Assembly: GCA_041650335.1 (NCBI GenBank)
Contig: JBAZLK010000001.1
Coordinates: forward strand, 36,940 to 100,939
Length of the DNA stretch: 64,000 nucleotides
Reading direction: 5' to 3'
From: Patescibacteria group bacterium
Lineage (GTDB): Bacteria > Patescibacteriota > Patescibacteriia > JAHIZJ01
This document shows, piece after piece, positions 56,599-64,000 of the stretch. Every line of letters starts with the position of its first letter. Position 1 is the stretch's first letter. The position numbers were made by a program, and so were the translations under genes. The notes under the pieces were generated by a model. It saw only the letters and a program-made list of their open reading frames with translations, was not told the DNA's origin and did not search any database.

Positions 56599-57313
56599 GA
56601 CCATGTCAACCGCATCACAATTAGGTAAAACAGTCCTTTATCTTTTCTTCAAGAAACACAAGCTTGTTTCAGGCATTTTGGTTGTGTTAATTGTCGCTGT
56701 CGGCTCATTAGCCTTTCTGGTGCCGAAATATCAAGTGATCCGTAATCAAGGATTGCTCAGCTCGGGGAACAAGAAGAAACAGCTGACCGAGCGGCAAAAT
56801 TACCTCGATCGTCTCCAAAAAATGGTCAATCTCTATCGCGGCATTCAAAAAACCGATCTGGATAAACTTCAGCAGATTTTGCCAGACAGCCAGGAAATTC
56901 CGGAACTTTTCGTAATGATTGACCAGATTGGTAAAGATCTCACGAATAAGGGCGTAAATGTAACAGTCACGCGCATCTCACTAACACCTCAAACGCTTGT
57001 CTCGACAAATGTCAATACAACGAGCGGCGATCTTGATCAAAATCGCCAAGGCGGAGTCTCGGGCCTGCTCAGCCCGATAACGGGGACAAATCCGGTCCTG
57101 GCGACACCGTCAGCGGTTAAAACGTATCAAATCGGAAAAATCACCGCGGTGGTTGACATGTCGGTTAATGATTTAACCTACACGGCATACAAGAAGATAC
57201 TCGAAGGCCTGGAAAACAATATGCGTCTGTTCAATATAACCAGCATAAATTATATGCCGGGCGCTCAATCGGTATCGTTTAATCTCGAAACCTATTATCT
57301 CTCATCGTCATAA
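56579..57313 (+). CDS. pilO: PilO-like protein
   Basis: Bitopic protein with a coiled-coil and a C-terminal domain. An alternative ATG is at 56603. Confidence 0.65.
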   Translation: MSRGRNKTMSTASQLGKTVLYLFFKKHKLVSGILVVLIVAVGSLAFLVPKYQVIRNQGLLSSGNKKKQLTERQNYLDRLQKMVNLYRGIQKTDLDKLQQILPDSQEIPELFVMIDQIGKDLTNKGVNVTVTRISLTPQTLVSTNVNTTSGDLDQNRQGGVSGLLSPITGTNPVLATPSAVKTYQIGKITAVVDMSVNDLTYTAYKKILEGLENNMRLFNITSINYMPGAQSVSFNLETYYLSSS

Positions 57314-57331
57314 TTGGAGGAGGTTTAAACT

Positions 57332-57649
57332 ATGGCCCTTGTACAAAAAAGACTCGCCCCAAAAAAGAGAAACCTTCTGGTCATTATTGTTGTGGCCTTT
57401 ATTGGGATATCGGCCGTACTGGTGGTACAGAATTATTGGAAGCCGGGGACCTCGACAACGACTGACGACGGTTCGTCCGAAACCCTCAACGTCCGCGACG
57501 TGCCTATCTACACCGATCTCGGTATCGATGTTTTGCAGGACCCGCGTTGGCAGGAACTGAAAATGCCAAAGATGACGCTTCCGATCGAGCCCGGCACAGT
57601 CGGTCGCGCGAATCCCTTTGTCGACGCGCCGAAACAATCGACCCAGTAA
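57332..57649 (+). CDS. small TM protein in PilP position
   Basis: GGAGGAGG SD and a single TM helix. Confidence 0.5.
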   Translation: MALVQKRLAPKKRNLLVIIVVAFIGISAVLVVQNYWKPGTSTTTDDGSSETLNVRDVPIYTDLGIDVLQDPRWQELKMPKMTLPIEPGTVGRANPFVDAPKQSTQ

Positions 57650-57663
57650 CACATCGTACACAC

Positions 57664-59430
57664 ATGGGTGACAACCCGATCGCGAATAATCCATCCGCCA
57701 GACTCAATTTTTTAGACTACCTGATCAAAGGTAATCTTGCGACGGCTGAGCAAATTGAGGAATGGAAGCGCACCGCTCGTTCAAAGAACAAGAGCGTTAT
57801 TGAGATAATTGAAGATGCTCAGGCAATTAAAGACGAGGCACTGCTTCAAGCGAAGGGTGAAGCCTACTCGTTGCCTTCGGTCGATCTTTTTGGTCGCGTG
57901 GTTACGCCGGACGTGTTGCGGGTAATTCCTCAAGAAATCGCCACGAATTATAAAATCATCTGTTTCGCGCAGAGCGGCAAAGAGGTGAGTATCGGGATGG
58001 TCGATCCAGGCAACTATAAGGCGATTGAGGCAGTTGAATACATCGCCCGAGAAAACCACTACCAGGTCAAATATTTTATCATCAGCGGAAATTCATACAA
58101 ATTTCTCCTCCGCCAATATGAAAGCTTGAGCTCAGAAGTGGCGGAAGCACTCGAGGGCGCCGGAAATGAACTAGGCGTCGAGGTGGGCGAGAAGGTAGAG
58201 ATTGCCGAAAAAGGCTTTGAGGAAGTGGTCCGTTCGGCCCCGGTGGCGAAAATGGTCAATGTCATTTTGGAGCACGCGGTAGAAGGAAAAGCTTCCGATG
58301 TCCATATCGAGCCGCTGGCCGAAGACACCCGGGTCCGGTACCGAATCGACGGCATTTTGCATACCTCATTGATTTTACCAAAGACGGTTCATTCCTCGAT
58401 CGTCGCGCGCATCAAAGTATTGGCCAATCTGAAAATCGACGAAACGCGCGTGCCGCAGGACGGACGGTTTCGAAAGAAGTTTGAAACCGGCGATGTCGAC
58501 TTTCGTGTTTCCACCCTGCCTGTCGTCGGGAATGAAAAGGTCGTGATGCGGATACTCGATACCTCGTCAAACGTTCTGGATTTGGAGCGGCTTGGTTTCT
58601 GGGGCAAGAGCTTGGAAAAAATGATCGCGAATATTGACCGGCCGCACGGCATGTTCCTGATCACCGGCCCGACCGGTTCCGGTAAATCGACCACTCTCTA
58701 TGCCTTGCTGCATATCTTGAACGAGGATTCCGTCAATATCATCACCCTCGAAGATCCGGTCGAGTATTACCAGAAGGGGGTCAATCAGTCTCAGGTAAAT
58801 CCCGAAGTCGGTCTGACCTTCGCGCGCGGCCTACGGTCTATCCTGCGTCAGGACCCCGACATCATCATGGTTGGTGAGATCCGCGACAGTGAAACCGCCG
58901 AATTGGCCGTCCACGCCAGCTTGACGGGCCATATCGTACTCTCGACCCTGCATACCAATGATGCCTTTGGAGCCATCCCGCGCTTGGTCGATATGAAAAT
59001 TGAACCCTTCCTTTTAACCTCATCACTCAACCTGGTCATGGCCCAGCGTTTGGTCCGGCGCCTCTGCGACCATTGCAAAGAGGAAATGGCGCTGCCGAAA
59101 CGGTATGAGGATGAAGCCTTCCGGTCGTTGTCGCTCTTGCCGAAAGACGCGCTGCCGAAGAACTTCAAGCTGGCCAAGCCGATGAAGTTTTATCGAGGGA
59201 AGGGCTGCGCCCGCTGCGAAAATACTGGCTACAAGGGCCGCGTTGCCTTGGCTGAAGTGCTCGAAATAACCGAGGAATTAAAACGTATTGTTTTGGCCGG
59301 ATCCGATCAGGATAAAATCAAAGAAGAATTTCGGCGGCAGGGGATGCACTCAATGCTCCAGGACGGTTTTATCAAGGCGATCCAGGGGCTGACCACGATT
59401 GAAGAAATAATGAAAGTAACCAAAGAATAA
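57664..59430 (+). CDS. pilB: type IV pilus assembly ATPase PilB (GspE family)
   Basis: T2SSE_N domain, Walker A GPTGSGKST and the tetracysteine CDHC...CARC motif. The ORF-track TTG start at 57547 is an extension. Confidence 0.9.
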   Translation: MGDNPIANNPSARLNFLDYLIKGNLATAEQIEEWKRTARSKNKSVIEIIEDAQAIKDEALLQAKGEAYSLPSVDLFGRVVTPDVLRVIPQEIATNYKIICFAQSGKEVSIGMVDPGNYKAIEAVEYIARENHYQVKYFIISGNSYKFLLRQYESLSSEVAEALEGAGNELGVEVGEKVEIAEKGFEEVVRSAPVAKMVNVILEHAVEGKASDVHIEPLAEDTRVRYRIDGILHTSLILPKTVHSSIVARIKVLANLKIDETRVPQDGRFRKKFETGDVDFRVSTLPVVGNEKVVMRILDTSSNVLDLERLGFWGKSLEKMIANIDRPHGMFLITGPTGSGKSTTLYALLHILNEDSVNIITLEDPVEYYQKGVNQSQVNPEVGLTFARGLRSILRQDPDIIMVGEIRDSETAELAVHASLTGHIVLSTLHTNDAFGAIPRLVDMKIEPFLLTSSLNLVMAQRLVRRLCDHCKEEMALPKRYEDEAFRSLSLLPKDALPKNFKLAKPMKFYRGKGCARCENTGYKGRVALAEVLEITEELKRIVLAGSDQDKIKEEFRRQGMHSMLQDGFIKAIQGLTTIEEIMKVTKE

Positions 59431-59441
59431 CGTTCATCCGT

Positions 59442-59867
59442 ATGGCATCGAGCGAGAAAACAGCGAAAAAAGAGAGTCCGAGTCGAGGCAAACGAAAAAT
59501 CCTACTTGTCGAGGACGACACCTTTATTTCCGGAATGTATATTGCCAAACTTGCTCTCGAAAACTTCGATGTCCTGCTGGCAACGGACGGGGAGATGGGC
59601 TTGGAGTATGCTCGGAAACAAAAGCCCGATCTAATCTTGCTTGATCTGATGCTGCCAAAGCTTGACGGCTACGGCGTGCTCAAGGCGTTAAAGAAGAGCC
59701 CGGCCCTCGCCAAGATTCCAGTCATACTTTTGACGAACTTGAATCAGCAAGAGTCGATCGACAAGGCCAGGAAATACCAGATTGAAGATTATCTCATCAA
59801 AGCGCATTTCATGCCGTCCGAAGTCATCGAAAAAGTGAAAGTCGTATTGCGTAAATACCGACGCTAA
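59442..59867 (+). CDS. stand-alone response-regulator receiver (CheY/PilH-like)
   Basis: LLVEDD and LILLDLMLP (phospho-acceptor Asp) motifs. Confidence 0.8.
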   Translation: MASSEKTAKKESPSRGKRKILLVEDDTFISGMYIAKLALENFDVLLATDGEMGLEYARKQKPDLILLDLMLPKLDGYGVLKALKKSPALAKIPVILLTNLNQQESIDKARKYQIEDYLIKAHFMPSEVIEKVKVVLRKYRR

Positions 59868-59871
59868 AACC

Positions 59872-60948
59872 ATGCCAGACACAACCACTCAACTCGGTTT
59901 ATCAAAACTACTCAGCCAAGTGGCCGAATACAAGGCCTCGGCTTTGCATTTGTCTGTCGGTAACCCGCCGATTCTTCGGGTCGATGAGAAGCTTCTGCCG
60001 ATCGAGAGCGAAGGCATCATGACGCCCGACCGGATCGAAAAAATCGCTTTATCGTTTTTAAACGCTGACCAAAAAGCCGAGCTCGAGGCGGAAAAAGAAA
60101 TCGTCTTCACCTATTCCTTCGAAGAGCGGGCACGTTTTAAGGTCAGTATTTTTTATCAGAAAGGCTATCTCTCCGTCTCCTTGCGCTATATCCCGACCGT
60201 CGTGCCGACACTCCACGAGCTCGGTCTGCCTTCGATCGTCGAACGGTTTACGCAGTTGAAGAAAGGCTTGGTACTGGTGACCGGCCCCTTCGGTTCCGGC
60301 AAGACAACGACGCTGGCTTCGCTCGTTGACGCCATCAATCAGAGCCGGTCGGAATACATTATTTCCATTGAGCGGCCGATCGAGTATCTTTTCACGAATA
60401 ATAAGAGCATCGTCGAACAGCGCGAAGTCGGCCGGGATACCCAGAGCATCCAGAAAGCGCTCTTCAATATCCCGCAAGAGGACATGAATGTGGTGATGAT
60501 TTCCGAAATGGAAACGCCAGAGATCATGGAGCTGGTCTTCACGGTTGTTGAGTCGGGCCGGCTGGTTTTTTCGTCGATGAATACCGACTCAGCCTACAAG
60601 ACGATTGAGCGGATTATTAATAGCTTTCCGGATCAAAAACACGAGCAAATACGGCTCCAATTGGCTGACGCGCTCGAAGGGGTGATCAGCCAGCGTTTAT
60701 TGCCCCGCGTCGGCGGCGGGAAGGTGGCCGCGGCGGAAATACTCGTTCCCACGCCGGCCGTCAAGGCGATCATGAAAGAAGGCTCTATTTATCAGCTCAA
60801 TACAATACTCCAAACGTCGCGGGAAGAGGGAATGATCTCGCTTGACCGGGCGCTGGCCGATCTCGTGAAGGCGGGCGAGGTCTTGATGGAAGACGCCCTC
60901 GCCCATGCCGTCGACAAGAACGGTCTCAAAATGATGATTCGTATATAA
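59872..60948 (+). CDS. pilT: twitching-motility ATPase PilT
   Basis: Walker A GPFGSGKTTT at the size expected for PilT. Confidence 0.85.
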   Translation: MPDTTTQLGLSKLLSQVAEYKASALHLSVGNPPILRVDEKLLPIESEGIMTPDRIEKIALSFLNADQKAELEAEKEIVFTYSFEERARFKVSIFYQKGYLSVSLRYIPTVVPTLHELGLPSIVERFTQLKKGLVLVTGPFGSGKTTTLASLVDAINQSRSEYIISIERPIEYLFTNNKSIVEQREVGRDTQSIQKALFNIPQEDMNVVMISEMETPEIMELVFTVVESGRLVFSSMNTDSAYKTIERIINSFPDQKHEQIRLQLADALEGVISQRLLPRVGGGKVAAAEILVPTPAVKAIMKEGSIYQLNTILQTSREEGMISLDRALADLVKAGEVLMEDALAHAVDKNGLKMMIRI

Positions 60949-60951
60949 CCT

Positions 60952-62160
60952 ATGGCAATTTTCGATTATCGAGCCAAAGACTACCAGGGCAACACCGTTT
61001 CCGGCGTGATCGAGGCGCCGACTGAAAACGTGGCGGCCGAACTTTTGACCGAGCGGCGGTATATAATTTTAAATCTCGCGCCGCGTCGAAAAGCCGTCCT
61101 CTTTCAGAGCTCGCTCGGGTTTCTGAATCGCGTCCCCATGCGGGAAGTCGTGATCTTTTCGCGGCAGCTCGCGGTCATGATCAACACGGCCGTACCGATC
61201 GTCCAGGCGCTCCGGATCCTCGTGAAACAAACCAAGACAGTTGCTTTTAAAATCATTATCTCGGAGATTGCCGACGAGGTCGACGGCGGGGCAAAACTCT
61301 CAACCGCGCTGAGCCGGTACCCGCAAGTGTACTCAGAATTTTTTGTCCACATGATTCGATCGGGCGAAACAACGGGCAAGCTCGACGAAACCCTGAATTA
61401 CCTCGCTGACCAGCTGGAAAAGGATTATGATCTCAATAGCCGGATCAAGGGCGCGATGATCTACCCGGCCTTCATCCTGACGGCCATCGTCGGCGTCGGT
61501 GTCGTGATGATGATCTATGTCATACCAAAACTGACTTCTGTATTGGAAGATAGCGGGACCAAGCTTCCCTGGTCGACGAAGCTCATGATCAATATGAGCA
61601 AATTTCTGAAACAGGACTGGTGGCTGCTAATCTTGATACTGATTGGCCTCGGTTTTCTCTACCGCGTGATTACCCGTACCAGCGCTGGCCGGCGGCAATT
61701 GGATGCGATGAAAATACGCATGCCGATTTTTGGCAATTTGTTCCAGAAAATATATTTAACCCGTTTTACGCGGAGCATTGCCACACTCATCATGGGCGGC
61801 ATTCCGCTGTCCCGGACGCTGGAAATCGTGGCTGATATTGTGGGTAATAGCGTCTATAAGGAATTAACCCTTGATACCATTGCCGTTATTGAAGACGGCA
61901 GCTCGATCGCCACGCTTTTTGCCAAGAGCCGGGATGTTCCGCCGATGCTGACACAAATGATGACGGTGGGCGAGCAGACCGGGAAGCTCGATGTGATTTT
62001 GTCGAAATTGTCAGATTTTTATTCAAAAGAGGTGGATAACCTCATCCGCAATCTCGTCTCGTTGATGGAGCCGGTGATCATGCTGCTTCTGGCAGTCGGC
62101 GTCGCCGTACTGGTCATGGCCATATTGTTACCCATGTATAACCTGTCGTCGGCAATATAA
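60952..62160 (+). CDS. pilC: type IV pilus platform protein PilC (T2SS F family)
   Basis: Two T2SSF repeats and three TM helices. Confidence 0.9.
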   Translation: MAIFDYRAKDYQGNTVSGVIEAPTENVAAELLTERRYIILNLAPRRKAVLFQSSLGFLNRVPMREVVIFSRQLAVMINTAVPIVQALRILVKQTKTVAFKIIISEIADEVDGGAKLSTALSRYPQVYSEFFVHMIRSGETTGKLDETLNYLADQLEKDYDLNSRIKGAMIYPAFILTAIVGVGVVMMIYVIPKLTSVLEDSGTKLPWSTKLMINMSKFLKQDWWLLILILIGLGFLYRVITRTSAGRRQLDAMKIRMPIFGNLFQKIYLTRFTRSIATLIMGGIPLSRTLEIVADIVGNSVYKELTLDTIAVIEDGSSIATLFAKSRDVPPMLTQMMTVGEQTGKLDVILSKLSDFYSKEVDNLIRNLVSLMEPVIMLLLAVGVAVLVMAILLPMYNLSSAI

Positions 62161-62204
62161 TAGTTGCATTGGCTAAATTTGACATTGCCCTTTTCCAATA
62201 ATTG

Positions 62205-62213
62205 TGCTATAAT
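62205..62213 (+). promoter_or_regulatory. extended -10 (TGcTATAAT) for the pilin gene
   Basis: About 115 nt upstream of the SD AAGGGGG and the ATG at 62329. Confidence 0.35.
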
Positions 62214-62328
62214 GAAGAACAGTGAGTGGTAATAATAACGGATATAGGTCGATTTATCATAATTTACCATCATGCTTTTAGGCTGGTTCTAGAGTGGCCT
62301 AAAGGCCTCAACGAAAGGGGGTGAACAA

Positions 62329-62871
62329 ATGAAAAACAAAAAAGGTTTTACTTTGATCGAGTTGCTCGTGGTTATCGCGATCATCGGGTTGCTCGCTTCC
62401 TTGGCTCTCGTGGCCTTGGGCGGCGCACAACAAAAGGCCCGAAACGCGAAACGTGAAGCCGATATGCGAACATTGCAATCAGCTATAGAGCTATGTATCA
62501 ACGATGGGGGCACTGTGCCAGCGAAGCCAGCCACTTGGGCGGCGCTGCCAACAGCGCAGTGTGGCTCGGCCACCTATACCATCGGTACATATCTTGCCAG
62601 TTCTACCCCGCCAACACCACCGCAGACAGGCTGTTCTACTTGGATGAACGGTGATTGCTACGCCTATTGTGCCAATACAAACGGCTACTTGTTAATGGCG
62701 AACAAGATCGAAAAGGCCGGACCAATCGGCGGTGACATGGATTCAAACACCGCTTACCTGGTCGCTGAATGTGTAAACAGTAACAATGCTGCCCCAGGAG
62801 TAAATTTGACTGGAACGGAGTGTCTGGATGGGGCTGCGGGTGCAGATTCTGTATTCTGTCTCGGAAAATAA
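62329..62871 (+). CDS. pilA: type IV pilin (prepilin with N-terminal methylation motif)
   Basis: [20 protein letters not shown] prepilin motif and a C-terminal Cys pair. Confidence 0.85.
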   Translation: MKNKKGFTLIELLVVIAIIGLLASLALVALGGAQQKARNAKREADMRTLQSAIELCINDGGTVPAKPATWAALPTAQCGSATYTIGTYLASSTPPTPPQTGCSTWMNGDCYAYCANTNGYLLMANKIEKAGPIGGDMDSNTAYLVAECVNSNNAAPGVNLTGTECLDGAAGADSVFCLGK

Positions 62872-62890
62872 ATGCATAACACATGCGAGC

Positions 62891-62917
62891 AAAAAGGGGA
62901 TGATCCCCCTTTTTGCT
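62891..62917 (+). terminator. rho-independent terminator
   Basis: AAAAAGGGG-atgatc-CCCCTTTTT hairpin. Confidence 0.5.
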
Positions 62918-62960
62918 TTACCGTTTTTGTGGCAATCCCGTCTCATGGTATAATACCCAT

Positions 62961-63446
62961 ATGATGATATTTGGTATAATCGATAGGAAACGCTTTCCCG
63001 GCTTTACGCTCATTGAGTTATTAGTTGTAATTGCCATTATTGGCCTTTTAGCGTCGCTCGGTATTTTGGCCTTTCGTGACGCCCAGAAAAAGGCGCGCGA
63101 CGCCAAGCGCTGGTCAGACACGCGGGCAATGCAATCGGCGATTGAGCTGTGCATAAATGAAGGAGGGTCGGCTCCGGACGCAACCGCTACCTGGATAAGC
63201 TTACTCAATCAGTCTTGCGGCGGTATCACCTTATTCAAGAATTATTTCGCGAATAACGCTCTCCCGGAGCCGCCACGAGGAGATACCTGTACGGCGGCAA
63301 TGGCGGACGAGGAAGATTGCTACATGTACTGCAAAAAGACAAGCCGAGATAACTACATTCTCTACTCGAACTATGAGGGTTCAGCCCCGGCTGGCGGCGA
63401 AAATGGTGTCATGAGTAATTTGGTCCTGGGACCGAATGCATTTTAA
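62961..63446 (+). CDS. second type IV pilin paralog
   Basis: Start is the ATG at 62961, 6 nt after TGg[26 protein letters not shown] motif with a divergent C-terminus. Confidence 0.8.
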   Translation: MMIFGIIDRKRFPGFTLIELLVVIAIIGLLASLGILAFRDAQKKARDAKRWSDTRAMQSAIELCINEGGSAPDATATWISLLNQSCGGITLFKNYFANNALPEPPRGDTCTAAMADEEDCYMYCKKTSRDNYILYSNYEGSAPAGGENGVMSNLVLGPNAF

Positions 63447-63601
63447 GTAATAATGCGCGTCCAAACGCGCTCCCAACGTGTTCACCGATAGCGGCAGGCA
63501 CGTTCTGTCTTGGCAAGCTTGATGGGAATATATAAACCTTAGAAGAATCACAAATATATTGACGGGAAATAAATATTTCGCGTCATTTTATTGTGACACA
63601 A

Positions 63602-64000
63602 AGGAGAATATATCAAACCGAATTTCCGTATTTTGTGACGTTTCGGACGAGCGGCGATAACCCGTTTTTTGAAGAGACAAAATATGCCGCCTTGTTGTCG
63701 AATATTATATTCCAGGCCGGGAAATTGAAGGGGTATGACATTTTGTCGTATCAAATCATGCCGGACCACGTGCATTTATTGGTTTATAAAACATCCCAAG
63801 CGCACCTCTCCGTGGGTGCGCGTCGTGGAAAACATGTGAGCGCGGGCGCGGAGACCCGCGCTCGGGGGTTTAACATTTCTCAATTCATGTATTCGGTGAA
63901 ATCATATTTCATCAGACAAATACGAGATGAAGATGGAATTATGGATTCGATTTGGCAAAAACGCTTTTACACCCGGATTATCAATACCGACGAATATTTT
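63602..64000 (+). CDS. IS200/IS605-family (Y1 HuH) transposase TnpA, 3' end outside the window
   Basis: YFVTFRT, IMPDHVHLLV and IWQKRFYTRII motifs. AAGGAG at 63601-63606, but no canonical start codon in frame nearby. Confidence 0.6.

Noticed and set aside
57547-57663. TTG-initiated 39-codon extension of pilB overlapping the preceding gene
   Set aside because: The GspE N-domain begins after the ATG at 57664, and the extension overlaps the upstream CDS.
62329-63446. The two pilin genes as a recombination or antigenic-variation cassette
   Set aside because: The N-terminal similarity exists only at the protein level. Codon choices differ throughout, so there is no long identical DNA tract for gene conversion.
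63548-63775. 75-aa minus-strand ORF near the IS200-like gene
   Set aside because: Antisense to the HuH transposase frame, which carries diagnostic motifs.
1-64000. CRISPR arrays
   Set aside because: No regularly spaced short direct repeats were seen anywhere. The only notable repeats are the intragenic 64-bp pair at 11.9 and 12.5 kb.

Overview
This 64 kb window reads as a reduced-genome, probably monoderm bacterium with CPR/Patescibacteria-like traits; the taxon call is tentative. The traits are membrane-anchored proteins with N/T-rich low-complexity linkers, many leaderless genes whose ATG sits 6-12 nt after an extended -10 (TGnTATAAT), a secretin-less type IV pilus operon, comFC, and a minimal VirB4/PrgI type IV secretion cluster.

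Layout along the window:
- 1-11.2 kb, housekeeping: a protein phosphatase, pseudouridine synthase, rhomboid protease, FabH-like condensing enzyme, ferredoxin, NifU-like protein, a divergent purH, and a split PEP-synthase/rifampin-phosphotransferase-like phosphotransferase pair flanking a high-GC M20 amidohydrolase.
- 11.2-20.6 kb, T4SS-like cluster: a Pro-rich repeat protein, PrgI/VirB3-like protein, VirB4 split into two ORFs, a VirB8-like protein, a pilin-like Cys-rich protein, a TolB-like propeller, and a DsbA-like protein lacking CxxC.
- 20.6-27.5 kb: a high-GC insert with a long GC-rich leader, recG, a PAP2 phosphatase, tRNA-Arg, a DsbA-like protein with intact CPAC, tRNA-Ser(UGA), and a multi-Zn-ribbon protein.
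- about 27.5-44.6 kb, a mosaic integrated island:
  - a phage-derived ParB-methyltransferase, TerS and TerL;
  - an 8-gene minus-strand defence array made of a PD-(D/E)xK nuclease, a DUF2779-like Cas4/exonuclease fusion, one unknown protein, Type III Mod/Res, and an uncharacterised 3-gene module (787-aa Zn-ribbon/PD-(D/E)xK-like protein, small TM protein, Zn-ribbon protein);
  - a large serine integrase beside tRNA-Ser(GCU).
- 44.6-49.8 kb: a GIY-YIG nuclease, comFC, clpC, htpX and lemA.
- 49.9-63.4 kb: a 1413-aa BNR-repeat surface protein, pilM-N-O, a small TM protein, pilB, a stand-alone REC domain, pilT, pilC and two tandem pilins.
- 63.6-64.0 kb: a partial IS200-family transposase at the window edge.

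No CRISPR array or rRNA was seen. The best candidate for an undescribed system is the 3-gene module at 39.5-43.0 kb inside the defence array. Coordinates were set by eye from the ORF track and the raw sequence, with no homology searches.
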